Shown piece by piece: positions 61,277 to 64,000 of a DNA stretch of 64,000 nt. Below the pieces are notes generated by a model. That model had not been told where the DNA came from. It did no database searches and was given only the letters and a program-made list of their open reading frames with translations. Every line of letters begins with the position of its first letter. The first letter of the stretch is position 1. The stretch is from assembly GCF_032191835.1 (NCBI RefSeq), contig NC_083229.1, forward strand, positions 28,458,001 through 28,522,000. Reading direction: 5' to 3'. The translations under genes and the position numbers were made by a program. Source of the DNA: Heteronotia binoei. Taxonomy: Eukaryota.

Positions 61277-61657
61277 GTGCATACAAAAACGATAATTTAA
61301 AGATAATTAAGCATAGTACCATAACCCAACCCTATATAAGAGATCAATTAATACTAACCAATAGCACCAATAGCACAATCAGCAACTAAACTTAGTAGGT
61401 TCTACGTATGTGTGATTGTAGATGATAAAGTACTAAGGCAAATGGGTGGATGTCTGGATCTTGCTTGGAAAAATGGGGAAGGGAGAACCATGAACATCAC
61501 CCTGAGCTCCTTGGAGGAAATGCAGGATAAAAATGCAGTAGATAATGGTGACTGTTGAGGAAAATTGCCTGATAGTGACCACTAGCTTGAATAACTTAAA
61601 GAGATGGATTAGAAAAAACCTTGGCCAAAGTATGTATCAGTAGTCAGTGGCTCTGCC

Positions 61658-61854
61658 CAGGGCTTTTTTTGAGCAGGAATGCTCAGGAACACAGTTCTGG
61701 CTGACTTGCTGTAAGGGGTGTGGCCTGATATGCAAATGAGTTCCTGCTGGGCCTTTTCTTTAAAAAAAGTCACACACAAAACAATGGTGATATCAGGGGT
61801 GTGGCCTAATATGCAAATAGATCCCTGCTGGGCATTTTTCACAAAAAAACCCCG
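61658..61854 (+). mobile_element. Octamer-bearing hAT-like MITE, two internal units
   Basis: TIRs cagggcttttttt / aaaaaaaccccg. Flanks gctctgcc / actctgtc (6/8). ATGCAAAT at 61730 and 61811. Confidence 0.8.
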
Positions 61855-62699
61855 ACTCTGTCAAAGTGAGTACCTGTACAAGAGGTACCAAAAGCTGGTC
61901 AGGGGAACCCTGTTTCTTGCTTTTAAACTTCCCGATGGGAATGGAATGCAAGATTAGATAGATGATAAGTTTAATTAAGAAAGTAGCTTCTTGTACCTCA
62001 TGCAGGGAGGAAGAAGATGAAGATTTTTTTTGGGGGGGGGGTGGACAGGAAGAGAAGGATGTACCAGTAATCTGCAAGGGTGGGGACACAAAGCCTTCAG
62101 GACTTGGGTTGGTTCTCTTGCCGTCCTTACTTCTGACTCTTCTTAGCCCTTTTAAATTTCACATATCAAGTAGATTTGCTTCCTGTGCATCACCATCACT
62201 ATGCTTTTTTCATTTGGGTTCTATCAAAATATTTCTGGTACACTGGCATTTTTCTTAGCCCAGTTCATCCATGACTAGGACAATGCATACAGGATGTGTA
62301 TGTGAGAATGTACATGCAGAGAACTCTTTCATTTTTAATGATTTTGTCTCTTGCAAGGTGCAATTCATTAAACATGGAAGGCGTGTGTAGGGGCTCGCGG
62401 ACAGTTGAGCGGTCCAGCACTTTTGTGGGCAAGCAGTTTTCCCAAACTGGCCTTTCTGGCATTTTCACATCCCAAAGTGACAGACAGTGCCTCTTTGTGC
62501 TGTCGGTAGTATCTGCCTGTGTGTTAATCAGCCCAGAAATGCACAGGAATCATTCTATGCCTGAGGTTGTATTCCTTCTGCTTTTCAGCTAGTGGAAAAG
62601 AAACAAAAGGTTTCTTTTGACCCCCCCAAAAGGGCTGTGATCATGGGACTTGCATGGACAAAATCCATGTGTTAAGGAGGGGGGTGGAGGAAAAAAAGT

Positions 62700-63203
62700 G
62701 AACATAAGAGAAGCCATGTTGATTCAGGCCAATGGCCCATCCAGTCCAACAATCTGTGACACACAGTGACCAAAAAAACTAGGCGCCATCAGGAGACCCA
62801 TCAGTGGGGCCAGGACAGTAGAAGCCCTCCCACTGTGCTCCCCCAGTACCAAGAATACAGAGCATCACTGCCCCGGACAGAGTGTTCCAACAATAAGCTG
62901 TGGCTAATAGCCACTGATGGACCTCTGCTCCATATGTTTATCCAATCCCCTCTTGAAGCTGGCTATACTTGTAGCCGCCACCAACTCCTGTGGCAATTAA
63001 TTCCATATGTTAATCACTCTTTGGGTGAAGAAGTACTTCCTTTTATCGGCTGTAACCTGACTGCTCAGCAATTCCATTGAATGTCCATGGGTTCTCGTAT
63101 TGTGAGAAAGGGAGAAAAGTACTTCTTTCTCTACCTTCTCTATCTCATGCATAATCTTGTAGACCTCTATCAAGTCACTCCTCAATCGACGTTTCTCCAA
63201 GAG
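62700..63203 (-). mobile_element. CR1 LINE 3' end with ORF2 C-terminus
   Basis: ORF EKRRLRSDLIEVYKIMHEIEKVEKEVLFSLSHNTRTHGH..RKYFFTQRVINIWN; tail aacataagagaagccatg. Confidence 0.93.
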
Positions 63204-64000
63204 CCCTGAATCTAACCCCTGATTGATAGTGACACAAGAGGAAGGCAGGGCTATTGGTTGTCTTGCACTGTGTTCTCACAATGTGCAGATGTGCCGCTAA
63301 AACACTGGTCTGAATTAGCAGGCATCACAAGAAGGCCTTTGGTCTCTGGATGGAGACCTTTTCTGCAACATTTTTCCTTTGGATTAAATATTTTTAATTG
63401 ACTGAAAAGAACTGAACGGCATTCTGCCAGGCCAAGACTAATCTTACCAAAATTTAACAGCTTCTCTCTTAAAACCACTGACTCCAAAGGATGGCAGTGG
63501 GAGTGCGGGGGGAACAGTAAGTTGCTTTTGGACACTCCTGTAATTAGGGGTAATTATTTATTTCTTATTTACTAGATTTACATGCCAGCTTTCATCATCA
63601 GATTTCAAAGGGGTATACAGCTTTAAAAGAAATTCTTGGCACCTAATGGTTGAGTCACCACACTGCTGCTGATGGAAAACTATCCAGGCCAGAGGCTGTG
63701 ACTGATCAAGTGGATTCCAGGCAATGGGTGGATGTCATGGAGAAGGTTCTGTTACTTAAAATACTTGCATGAAGTTCTCCTGAACTCTTTCTTATTTTTC
63801 CTCTCCCCATTGATTTGGCTTGGATCACTGCCCTTGACTTCTGACTTTCAAGGCGGTGTCCAGTACTGCAGAACAGACTTTGACTTGCTCTTTGTTTGAA
63901 TTCTGAAGTTGTCCCAGGCTGACATTAGTAAAAACATTGAGCTTCTGATGGCTTGCCTGGTGCACTGTGGCTTGAAAGTCTGTGGATTCTTTCAGACAAC

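Noticed and set aside
695-63535. Most ORFs in the supplied track as host genes
   Set aside because: They are short, low-complexity or antisense to repeats. Only TE-derived ORFs (BovB, CR1, L2, RTE-X, Penelope) show recognisable motifs.

Overview
This is AT-rich vertebrate genomic DNA from a squamate reptile, most likely a gecko. The inference rests on its repeats: long Squam3-type SINEs with (TTC)n tails, a Sauria SINE, a 5S-rRNA-headed SINE, BovB, CR1, L2, RTE-X, Penelope and many hAT-type MITEs. I recognise no host protein-coding exon. Every ORF with recognisable homology is a transposon remnant (BovB, CR1, L2, RTE-X, Penelope GIY-YIG). By eye the unique DNA looks T/G-skewed on the + strand, with TE-poor, CpG-retaining blocks at about 3-9, 15.7-16.7 and 24-26.7 kb. 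This would fit an intron of a large + strand gene rich in conserved non-coding elements, but the gene cannot be named. The most distinctive structure is a set of four small (124-206 bp) fold-back insertions built from Penelope pseudo-LTR ends. Each is flanked by a 10-13 bp direct repeat, and three carry decayed minimal hammerhead-ribozyme motifs. There is also a larger Penelope tandem/inverted remnant, a 5'-inverted RTE-X fragment lacking RT, and several nested insertions. Repeat family names come from my recall of consensus sequences, not from a database search. Boundaries are approximate unless a TSD or TIR is quoted.
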